The notes under the pieces: generated by a model | What the model saw: the letters and a program-made list of their open reading frames with translations, nothing else | The model's database searches: none | What the model was told of the DNA's origin: nothing | Shown here: one piece after another, positions 44,252-53,080 of the stretch | Position numbering within the stretch: the first letter of the stretch is position 1 | How the letters are laid out: each line of letters begins with the position of its first letter | Made by a program: the position numbers and the translations under genes | Source of the DNA: Vulcanimicrobiota bacterium | Lineage (GTDB): Bacteria; Vulcanimicrobiota; Vulcanimicrobiia; Vulcanimicrobiales; Vulcanimicrobiaceae | NCBI GenBank assembly: GCA_034666305.1 | Contig: JAXDMA010000321.1 | Location: forward strand, 1 to 53,080 | Length of the DNA stretch: 53,080 nucleotides | Direction of reading: 5' to 3'

Positions 44252-45480
44252 GCGGTGCCGCCGTAGCGCACGACCGTGACCGGTTCGCCCACCTCGACCT
44301 GCGCGCGATCCGGCCCGACCACCACGTAGCCGTCGGCCCGGGCCAGCAAGCTCGTGGGCGACGCGCGCAGCGCCAGCGGCCGCGCGGCCGCGCCGTCGAG
44401 CACCGCGGGGACGTACCACGTCCAGCCGGCCCGCCCGGGGAACGCCTCGGCCGCGACGGCGGCCACGGTTGCGCGGCGGGCTTGCGCCTCGCCGGTCAGC
44501 GCGCGAAACACCGCGGAGGCGATCGCGTCCAGGATCGTCAGCGCGCTGGCGGGATTTCCCGGCAGCCCGATCACCGGCCGGGTCCCGACCGCCGCGAGCA
44601 CCGTCGGCTTGCCGGGCTTGACGCGCAAGCCGTGGACGACGACGCCGGGCGCACCGAGACCGTCGATCGCGGCCGGCACGTGGTCGCGTGCGCCGACCGA
44701 CGAGCCGCCGGTGAGAACGACCGCATCGGCGACGCGCAAACCCTCCGCGATCCCGGCGCGAATCGCGCCGACCTCGTCGACGGCGCGCGGCAGATGCACC
44801 ACCTCGCAGCCCAACGCGGCGAGCCCGCCCGCGATCGCCCACCGGTTCGAGTCGCGCACTTGGCCGGTGCCGGGAACGTGCGCCGCATCGACGAGCTCGT
44901 CGCCGGTGGAAACGACGGCGACGGACGGCCGGAGGTAGACTTCCACGGCGGTGACGCCCAGCGTGGCCAGCACCGAGAGCTCGGCGGCGCCGACTCGCCG
45001 GCCCGCGTGCAGCACCAGATCGCCCGGCGCCATGTCTTCGCCGCGCCGGGTGAAGTACGCGCCCGGCCTGGGCGCCTCGGCGGCGATCAGCTCGCCGTCG
45101 CGCTCCTCGCCGTCTTCGACCGGCAGCACGGCGTCGGCGCCCGGCGGAAGCACGCCCCCGGTCGGGATGCGCATCGCCTCGCCGGGCCGGAGCGGGCCGG
45201 GCGGCGCCGCGCCCATCCGGATCGTGCCGGCGATGCGGCGCGGCGTGCCGCCCTCGGCGGACCGCACGGCGAACCCGTCCATCGTCGCACGATCGTCGGC
45301 CGGGTACGGCGCGCCGGCGACGGCGTCGCGCGCAAGGATTCGGCCGAACGCCCGGTCGAGCCCGACGCGCTCGGTTCCGCGCGGGCGCACGGTCACCGCG
45401 GCAAAATACGTTTCGAGCGCCTCGGCGGGCGCGAGGAGCCGGTCGGTCTCGAAGGTCGCCCCGGGCTGCAGCGCTCGCAT
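44248..45480 (-). CDS. moeA: Molybdopterin molybdotransferase
   Basis: MDGFAV, IPTGG.LP.GADAV, STGDEL, DSN, TGGSSVG, KPGKP, LPGNP. Confidence 0.94.
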   Translation of the reverse strand: MRALQPGATFETDRLLAPAEALETYFAAVTVRPRGTERVGLDRAFGRILARDAVAGAPYPADDRATMDGFAVRSAEGGTPRRIAGTIRMGAAPPGPLRPGEAMRIPTGGVLPPGADAVLPVEDGEERDGELIAAEAPRPGAYFTRRGEDMAPGDLVLHAGRRVGAAELSVLATLGVTAVEVYLRPSVAVVSTGDELVDAAHVPGTGQVRDSNRWAIAGGLAALGCEVVHLPRAVDEVGAIRAGIAEGLRVADAVVLTGGSSVGARDHVPAAIDGLGAPGVVVHGLRVKPGKPTVLAAVGTRPVIGLPGNPASALTILDAIASAVFRALTGEAQARRATVAAVAAEAFPGRAGWTWYVPAVLDGAAARPLALRASPTSLLARADGYVVVGPDRAQVEVGEPVTVVRYGGTA

Positions 45481-45541
45481 CGCACGCCCCATTCGACCCG
45501 CACACGGAGGGGACCGCCGCCATCGCGAACGCACCGCGGCT

Positions 45542-46840
45542 GTGCTCAATCTCGAACTGCTGCGGCGCGAACCCGATCACGTCCGAATCGCCGCGCGCCG
45601 GCGCGGCATCGGTGCGGAGTTCGTGGATCGCGTGCTCGAGCTCGATCGCGAACGCCGCGCGACCATCGTCGCCGTCGAGAACCTCAAGGCCGAGAAGAAC
45701 GCGCTGACCGCGCAGATCGCACAGGCGGCGGACAAGAAAGCGGCGGCGGCCGAATTGCGCCCGCGAATCGCAGAGCTCGACGCGCGGATCGGCACGGCGG
45801 GCGAACGGCTGCCGTCGTTCGACGAGCAGATCGCCGCGGCGCTTTCCGACGTGCCCAACGTGCTCGACGGGTCCGTGCCGGACGGCAGCGACGAGCACGC
45901 GAACGTGCAGGTGCGCGCTTGGGGCGAGCCGCCGCGCTTCGATTTCGCACCGAAGCCGCATTGGGAGCTCGGCGAGCGGCTGGGGATCTTCGACGTGGAA
46001 CGCGCGGCGAAGCTGGCGGGCTCGCGGTTCACCGTCCTGCGCGGCGCCGGGGCGCGCCTCTCGCGCGCGCTTGTCTCGTTCTTTCTCGACCGCGCGGCGC
46101 GCAACGAGTACGTCGAGATCAACCCGCCGGTGCTGGTATCGCGCTCGACGATGTGGGCGACCGGCCAGTTGACGAAGTTCTCGGATCAAATGTACGCGTT
46201 CGAAGGCGACGACGCGAACGACGCGCTGTACTTGATCCCCACGGCCGAGGTATCGCTGACCGCGCTGCACCGCGACGAGATACTCGCGCCGGGTAGTGTA
46301 CCGCTGCGCTACACCGCGCACACGCCGTGCTTTCGCAAAGAGGCCGGCGCGGCGGGTCGCGACACGCGCGGGCTCATCCGCCAGCACCAATTCGAAAAGG
46401 TCGAGCTCGTGTGGCTCACGCTGCCCGAGCGCTCCTTCGACGATCTCGATACGCTCGTGCGCAATGCGACGGGGTTATACGAAGAGCTCGGGATCGCGCA
46501 CCGCGTCATGCTGCTGTGCGCCGGCGATACCGGGTTCAACGCCGCGAAGACGTACGACGTGGAGGCGTGGTTTCCGGGCGCTGACGCGTACCGCGAGATC
46601 AGCTCGTGTTCGAATTGCACCGACTTCCAGGCGCGTCGCAGCGGGCTTCGCTTTCGCCGCGAGGCCGCGGCGAAACCCGAATTCGTGCACACGCTCAACG
46701 GCTCGGGCGGCGCCGTCGGCCGCACGCTGGCGGCCGTCGTCGAGAACTACCAGCGCGCCGACGGGGGCGTCACCGTTCCCGACGTGCTGCGCCCGTTCGC
46801 GGGGTTCGCATCGATCGAGCCGGACGGCTCGACGCACTGA
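45542..46840 (+). CDS. serS: Serine--tRNA ligase
   Basis: N-terminal coiled coil, YLIPTAEV, FRKEAG..GRDTRGLIRQHQF.KVE, EISSCSNCTDFQARR, HTLNGS. Confidence 0.97.
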   Translation: MLNLELLRREPDHVRIAARRRGIGAEFVDRVLELDRERRATIVAVENLKAEKNALTAQIAQAADKKAAAAELRPRIAELDARIGTAGERLPSFDEQIAAALSDVPNVLDGSVPDGSDEHANVQVRAWGEPPRFDFAPKPHWELGERLGIFDVERAAKLAGSRFTVLRGAGARLSRALVSFFLDRAARNEYVEINPPVLVSRSTMWATGQLTKFSDQMYAFEGDDANDALYLIPTAEVSLTALHRDEILAPGSVPLRYTAHTPCFRKEAGAAGRDTRGLIRQHQFEKVELVWLTLPERSFDDLDTLVRNATGLYEELGIAHRVMLLCAGDTGFNAAKTYDVEAWFPGADAYREISSCSNCTDFQARRSGLRFRREAAAKPEFVHTLNGSGGAVGRTLAAVVENYQRADGGVTVPDVLRPFAGFASIEPDGSTH

Positions 46841-47778
46841 TGCACGACGATGACGTGGTCGCGCGCGCGGTCGCCGTACTGCGCGGCGGCGGCGTCGTCG
46901 CGATCCCCACCGAAACCGTCTACGGCCTCGCTGCCGACGTCGCGAATGCCGCCGCGATCGCGCGCGTGTACGCGATCAAGGGCCGGCCGCCCGATCATCC
47001 GCTGATCGTGCACGTGTACGACGTCGATGCGCTCGAGGGCTACGTTGCCGAGATCACGCCGGCGCTGCGCGCGCTCGCGCTGCGTTTCTGGCCCGGACCG
47101 CTGACGGCGATCGTCGCGCGCGGCCCGCGCACGCCGCTGAACGTCACCGGCGGCCAAGACACGGTCGCGGTGCGCGTGCCCGAGCATCCGCTCGCGCGCG
47201 CGATTCTGGCGGCGTTCGGGGGCGCGCTCGCGGCGCCGTCGGCGAACCGTTTCGGGCGCATTTCCCCGACGCGCGCGGAGCACGTGCGCGCCGACCTCGG
47301 CGACGAGGTGGATCTCGTCGTCGACGGCGGCCCGGCGCGCGTGGGGATCGAGTCGACCATCGTCGATCTCACCGGCGCCGTGCCCGCCGTGCTGCGCGCC
47401 GGGTCCGTCACGCCGTCGGAATTGGGCGCCGCGCTTGGCGTGCCCGTCGTGACGCGTGTCGGCGGTGCGGTCCGCGCGCCGGGCACGCTGCGATCGCACT
47501 ACGCTCCGCGCGCGCACGTCGTGCTCGTCGAACCGCAGGATCGCGAAGGCGAAGCGCGCAGGCTCGCGGATGCCGGCGGACGGGTCGCGCTGCTGACGCT
47601 GCCCGACGATCCCGCCGCCGCCGCGACGGCGCTGTACGCGACGCTGCGTGCGCTCGACGCCGACGGCTACGCCACGATCGTGGCGACGCTGCCGGCGAAC
47701 ACCGAGGCGAACGCGGCGGTGCGCGACCGGCTCGTGCGGGCCGCGGCGCCGCGAACGGCCAATGGTGAGCCGACGTGA
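46840..47778 (+). CDS. sua5: L-threonylcarbamoyladenylate synthase (Sua5 type)
   Basis: PTETVYGL, KGRP..HPLIVH, WPGPLT, APSAN, GIESTIVD, APG...SHYAP. Confidence 0.93.
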   Translation: MHDDDVVARAVAVLRGGGVVAIPTETVYGLAADVANAAAIARVYAIKGRPPDHPLIVHVYDVDALEGYVAEITPALRALALRFWPGPLTAIVARGPRTPLNVTGGQDTVAVRVPEHPLARAILAAFGGALAAPSANRFGRISPTRAEHVRADLGDEVDLVVDGGPARVGIESTIVDLTGAVPAVLRAGSVTPSELGAALGVPVVTRVGGAVRAPGTLRSHYAPRAHVVLVEPQDREGEARRLADAGGRVALLTLPDDPAAAATALYATLRALDADGYATIVATLPANTEANAAVRDRLVRAAAPRTANGEPT

Positions 47779-48563
47779 AGACCGTAATCCTCGCGGGCGG
47801 CCTCGGCACACGCATCTCCGAGGAGACCGAGAACCGTCCGAAGCCCATGGTGGAAGTCGGCGGCAAGCCGATCCTGTGGCACCTGCTCAACATCTATTCG
47901 GCGGCCGGCTTCGACGAGTTCGTCATCGCGTTGGGTTACAAGCAAGAAGTCGTCAAGGAATATTTTCGCGCGTTCTGGGCGCACAACAACGATCTCACGA
48001 TCGACCTCGCGACCGGCACGGTCGAGGGCGTGCGCGACCGCCTCACCGAGCGCTGGAAGATCCACTTGATCGATACGGGTATCGGCACGATGACGGGCGG
48101 GCGCATCAAGCGCTTGCGCGAGGTCATCGGCAACGAGACGTTCATGTGCACCTACGGCGACGGCCTCGCGTCGATCGACGTCGCAGACCTCGTCGCGTTT
48201 CATCGCCGCGAGGGACGGATCGCGACGCTCGCCGCGGTTCGGCCGCCGGCCCGTTTCGGTGCGCTTCAGGTCGACGGCAACCGCGTGAAGACGTTTCAGG
48301 AAAAGTCGCAGACCACCGAAGGCTGGATCAACGGCGGTTTCTTCGTGTTCGAACCCGAGCTGTTCGACCGCATCGGCGGCGACGAGACGCTGCTCGAGCA
48401 CGAGCCGCTCGTCGGCCTCGCGCAGGACGGTCAGCTCTCGTGCTATCTGCACGAAGGCTTCTGGCAGCCGATGGACACGCTGCGCGACAAACGCCTGCTC
48501 GAGGAGCTTTGGGCGTCCGGCAATCCTCCCTGGGCGCGGGCTGCCGCGCCGAAAACGCGATGA
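47775..48563 (+). CDS. rfbF: Glucose-1-phosphate cytidylyltransferase
   Basis: [50 protein letters not shown]. Confidence 0.94.
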   Translation: MKTVILAGGLGTRISEETENRPKPMVEVGGKPILWHLLNIYSAAGFDEFVIALGYKQEVVKEYFRAFWAHNNDLTIDLATGTVEGVRDRLTERWKIHLIDTGIGTMTGGRIKRLREVIGNETFMCTYGDGLASIDVADLVAFHRREGRIATLAAVRPPARFGALQVDGNRVKTFQEKSQTTEGWINGGFFVFEPELFDRIGGDETLLEHEPLVGLAQDGQLSCYLHEGFWQPMDTLRDKRLLEELWASGNPPWARAAAPKTR

Positions 48564-49557
48564 GCGCCGGGTCGCGCTGGGACGGGCGGCGCGTGCTCGT
48601 CACGGGAGCGACGGGGATCGTGGGCTCGTGGCTGTGCGAGGCGCTGCTCGAGCGCGGCGCAGCGGTCGTCGCGCTGGTGCTCGACGACGACCCGCAATCG
48701 CGTTTTTACTCGGGCGCGATCGCCCGCTCGTGCAGCATCGTGCGCGGCAACCTCGCCGACATCGCGGACTGCGCGCGCGCCGTCAACTCCTACGAGTGCG
48801 AGACGATCTTCCACCTCGGCGCGCAGACGATCGTGGGGACGGCGCTCCGCGATCCGCTCGAGTGCTTCGAATCCAACATTCGCGGGACGTACAACCTGCT
48901 GGAAGCGGCGCGCCGGCTGCAGCCGCTCGTCAAGGCGTTCGTCGTCGCCTCGACCGACAAAGCGTACGGAGAAGCTCCAGTCCTGCCGTACACCGAGGCG
49001 ATGCCGCTGGCCGGCAAGCACCCGTACGACGTTTCGAAGAGCTGCGCGGATTTGCTCGCCGCCGCGTATCACCATACCTACGGCCTGCCGGTCACGATCG
49101 CGCGCTGCGGCAACATCTACGGCGGCGGCGACTTGAACTGGTCCCGAATCGTCCCCGGCACGATCCGCAGCTTGCTGCGCGGCGAGCGCCCCGTGCTGCG
49201 CAGCGACGGCGCGCCGGTACGCGATTACATCTACGTCAAAGACGCGGTCGACGCGTACATCGCGCTGGCGGAAGCGACGGACCGCGCGGGCGTCGCCGGC
49301 GAGGCCTTCAACTTCGGCACGCAATCCGGTTCGACGGCGATGAACATCGTCGAGACGATCGCGCGCGTGATGCACGTCGAAGCGAATCCCGTCGTGCTCG
49401 ACGCCGCGCCGATGGAGATCCGCGAGCAGACCCTCGATGCGGGCAAGGCGCGCGCGCGCCTGGACTGGCGTCCCCGCTGGAGTCTCGAGGACGGGCTGCA
49501 CGAGACGGTGGCGTGGTATCGCACGCACCTCTCGGCGCCGCTTCGAGCGGCGCGCTG

Positions 49558-49558
<1 letters not shown>
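48560..49558 (+). CDS. rfbG: NAD-dependent sugar dehydratase, probable CDP-glucose 4,6-dehydratase
   Basis: [29 protein letters not shown]; sits between rfbF and rfbH. Confidence 0.78.
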
Positions 49559-50897
<1,339 letters not shown>

Positions 50898-50901
<4 letters not shown>

Positions 50902-51983
50902 GCGGCGAAGACGTCTTCGGCGCGAACGTAGTCGCCGATGTCGGTCAAAAGCCGCGCATCGAGCGCCGTCGGGACCACGCGGACGTCGCCGAGCGCGTGC
51001 GCCAGGATGAGCGCGACGCTGCCGGCGGAAGCCTTCTTGTCGCGCGCCATCGCCGAAAGGATCGCCGCCGCGTCGTACGATCCCGCGCCACGAAATGCGA
51101 ACGACCCGGCGATGAACGCGTGCACCTCGTCGTAGACGGCGCGCGCGAGCAGTCCGCGCCGCCAAGCCACGAAGTTCGCGACGTCGATCCCCCAGGCGAC
51201 GGCGATCCCGTGCGGCACGGCGTTTTTCGTGACGGACTCGAGCGCGTGCCCGAACGTGTGCCCGAAATTGAGGATCCGGCGCAGGTCGCGCTCGTGTTCG
51301 TCGAGCTCGATGATCCGGCGCTTCGTCTCGAGGCTCGCCCGGATGTGACCGCTCAGCTCCGCGCCGCGAAAACCGCCGGCGGTCACGTCGCCGCGAACCT
51401 TGGCGAACGCCGCCGCGGATTCGACGATCGCGAGCTTGACGATCTCGCCGTACCCCGAGCGCACGTCGTCGTCCGCGAGCGTGTCGGCGAACCGTTCGCA
51501 CACCAAGACGCGCCGCGGTGATTGGAAGGTGCCGAGCTGGTTCTTGAACGCGCCGAGATTCACGGCGCACTTCGCACCGATGCAGCTGTCCGCCATCGCC
51601 AGCAGCGTCGTCGGAACGTAGACGTACGGCACACCGCGGTACCATAGGTGCGCGCTCAGCGTCGCGACGTCTTGCGTGACGCCGCCGCCGATCGCCACGA
51701 TCGTCGTGCTCTTGCCGCCGCCGGCCGCCTGCAGCGCGAGCAAGGCGCGCTCGACGCCCTGCAGCGTCTTTTCCGCTTCCGTCGCGGCGATCGCGTAGCG
51801 CGGGATATCCGCGAACGCCGCAAACGCTTCGCCGTACAGCGCTGCGACGCGTTCGTCGACGATCGCGAACGGCGCGGGCAGCGACGCGATTGCGGCGGCG
51901 AGCGAGGCGATGTCCGCGAACGGTTCGACGGCGTAGTCGCCCTGCGACGAAGCGATCGGAAGCGGCGCGCCCGCGCCGATCAT
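50898..51983 (-). CDS. AroB/3-dehydroquinate synthase-like sugar-phosphate cyclase
   Basis: [51 protein letters not shown]. Confidence 0.85.
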
Positions 51984-52651
51984 TGGATCAAGAAACCGCC
52001 GTCGATCGCGACGGTCTGGCCCGTGACGTACGTGTTGTCTTCACCGCCAAGCCAGGTCGCCAAGACCGCGATCTCGGCGGTCGACGCCAGCCGGCGCAAC
52101 GGGACTTGCGCGCACAGCGCGGCGATCTGCTCGGGCGTGTTGTTCCGGCGGGTGAGCTCCGTGTCGACGAATCCGGGCGCGATGGCGTTGACCAGCACGT
52201 TGCCCGCACCGTACTCGATCGCCGCCGTCTTGGTGAGCCCGATCAGCGCGGCCTTGCTGGCCGTGTACGCGCCGCGCGCGGCGCGGCTCTTGATGCCGTA
52301 CACCGAGGCCACGTTGACGACGCGCCCCCAGCCGCGTTCCGCCATCGGTCCGGCGAAACGGCGCAGCAGCGACCATGCCGACAGCATGTTCGTCTGCATC
52401 ATTCGATGCAGGTCGGCGTCGGGCAGCGCGGCGATCGAACCCAGCACGTTCTCACCGGCGTTGTTCACGAGCACGTCGACGTCACCCAGGTCGTCGCGCT
52501 CGCAATAGCGCGCGACGGCGGCCGCGTCGCTCAGATCGAGCTCGGCCCGCGACGGCGCCAGCACGCGCCAGCCGCCGGCTCGATAGCGCGCCGCGATCGC
52601 GGCGCCGATGCCGCGCGCGGCGCCCGTGACCAGCACGCTACGCGCGGACAA
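51980..52651 (-). CDS. SDR family oxidoreductase
   Basis: TGAARGIG, NNAG, YTASK, NAIAPG, DGG. Confidence 0.92.
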   Translation of the reverse strand: MSARSVLVTGAARGIGAAIAARYRAGGWRVLAPSRAELDLSDAAAVARYCERDDLGDVDVLVNNAGENVLGSIAALPDADLHRMMQTNMLSAWSLLRRFAGPMAERGWGRVVNVASVYGIKSRAARGAYTASKAALIGLTKTAAIEYGAGNVLVNAIAPGFVDTELTRRNNTPEQIAALCAQVPLRRLASTAEIAVLATWLGGEDNTYVTGQTVAIDGGFLIQ

Positions 52652-53080
52652 GGTCTTCGAACCCGTGCTCCGCCGCCACGATGAACGACGGCCGGGCGCG
52701 GACTTCTTCGAAGATCATCCCGACGTATTCGCTGATGATCCCGAGAAAGAGAAACAGCAGCCCGAACATCAGGAGCATGAGCGCGACGATCGTCCCGTAG
52801 CCGGCGAACGGCACGCCGAACATCACCCAGTCGACCGCCAGGACGATCATCGTCACGAAGGAGATGGCCGCGAGCGTGACGCCGAAGAGCGGGATCAGCT
52901 TGAGCGGAGCGACGGAGCTCGCGATGATTCCGTTGAGCGCGAACCGCACGTTGCGCGCGAACGCATAGGTCGACTTGCCGCCGTGGCGCGGCGCGCGCTC
53001 GTGCTCCACGGGCGCCGACGTGAAGCCGATCCAGCCCCACATCGTGCGCATCATGCGGTTGCGCTCGCGCATCGCGTTGA
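52638..53080 (-). CDS. GT2 glycosyltransferase, DPM/ArnC-like (3' part; begins beyond the window)
   Basis: RERNRMMR..W.GF, R..G.S, two C-terminal TMs, LGIISEYVG.IFEEVRARP. Confidence 0.85.
   Translation of the reverse strand, partial: NAMRERNRMMRTMWGWIGFTSAPVEHERAPRHGGKSTYAFARNVRFALNGIIASSVAPLKLIPLFGVTLAAISFVTMIVLAVDWVMFGVPFAGYGTIVALMLLMFGLLFLFLGIISEYVGMIFEEVRARPSFIVAAEHGFEDLVRA

Overview
High-GC bacterial chromosomal window of mostly housekeeping genes. Terrabacteria-type synteny (yabE-like/rsmA, tilS-hpt-ftsH, accB-accC-nusB...xseAB-tlyA), a GAAC-N4-GTTC SOS box and diderm features (TonB/ExbBD, a beta-barrel protein, BON lipoprotein) suggest Candidatus Eremiobacterota/Vulcanimicrobiota; this is an inference. 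Left to right: tlyA, xseBA, PBP1A, nusB, accC, accB-like; GAF/HD-GYP; OMP, folK, folP, folC, mog, moaC, cysK; a degenerate tandem HD-GYP plus degenerate DNA-methyltransferase pair followed by two inverted ~145-bp hairpin elements; uppP; PilZ; tonB, exbD, exbD, exbB, TonB/TPR protein; aroH, rluB, rho-like; mpg and an RNase H-like gene under an SOS box; GT4; yabE-like, rsmA, CPBP; DUF2079-like, GT4, two M16 homologues, ftsH, hpt, tilS; two Ig-like lipoproteins; smpB to moeA; serS, sua5, rfbFGH; and a convergent AroB-like cyclase, SDR, GT2 cluster. No rRNA, tRNA, CRISPR array or transposase was seen. Main points of interest: (1) a full-length Rho homologue with intact RNA-binding domain but lost ATPase motifs; (2) an operon of two apparent pseudoenzymes (HD-GYP and N6-adenine MTase) next to covarying hairpin repeats; (3) a LexA-boxed promoter driving a degenerate RNase H-fold protein and Mpg; (4) an AccB homologue without the biotinylated lysine; (5) several conserved genes with no usable ATG/GTG/TTG start. 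All family calls are by-eye motif recognition; no database searches were run.
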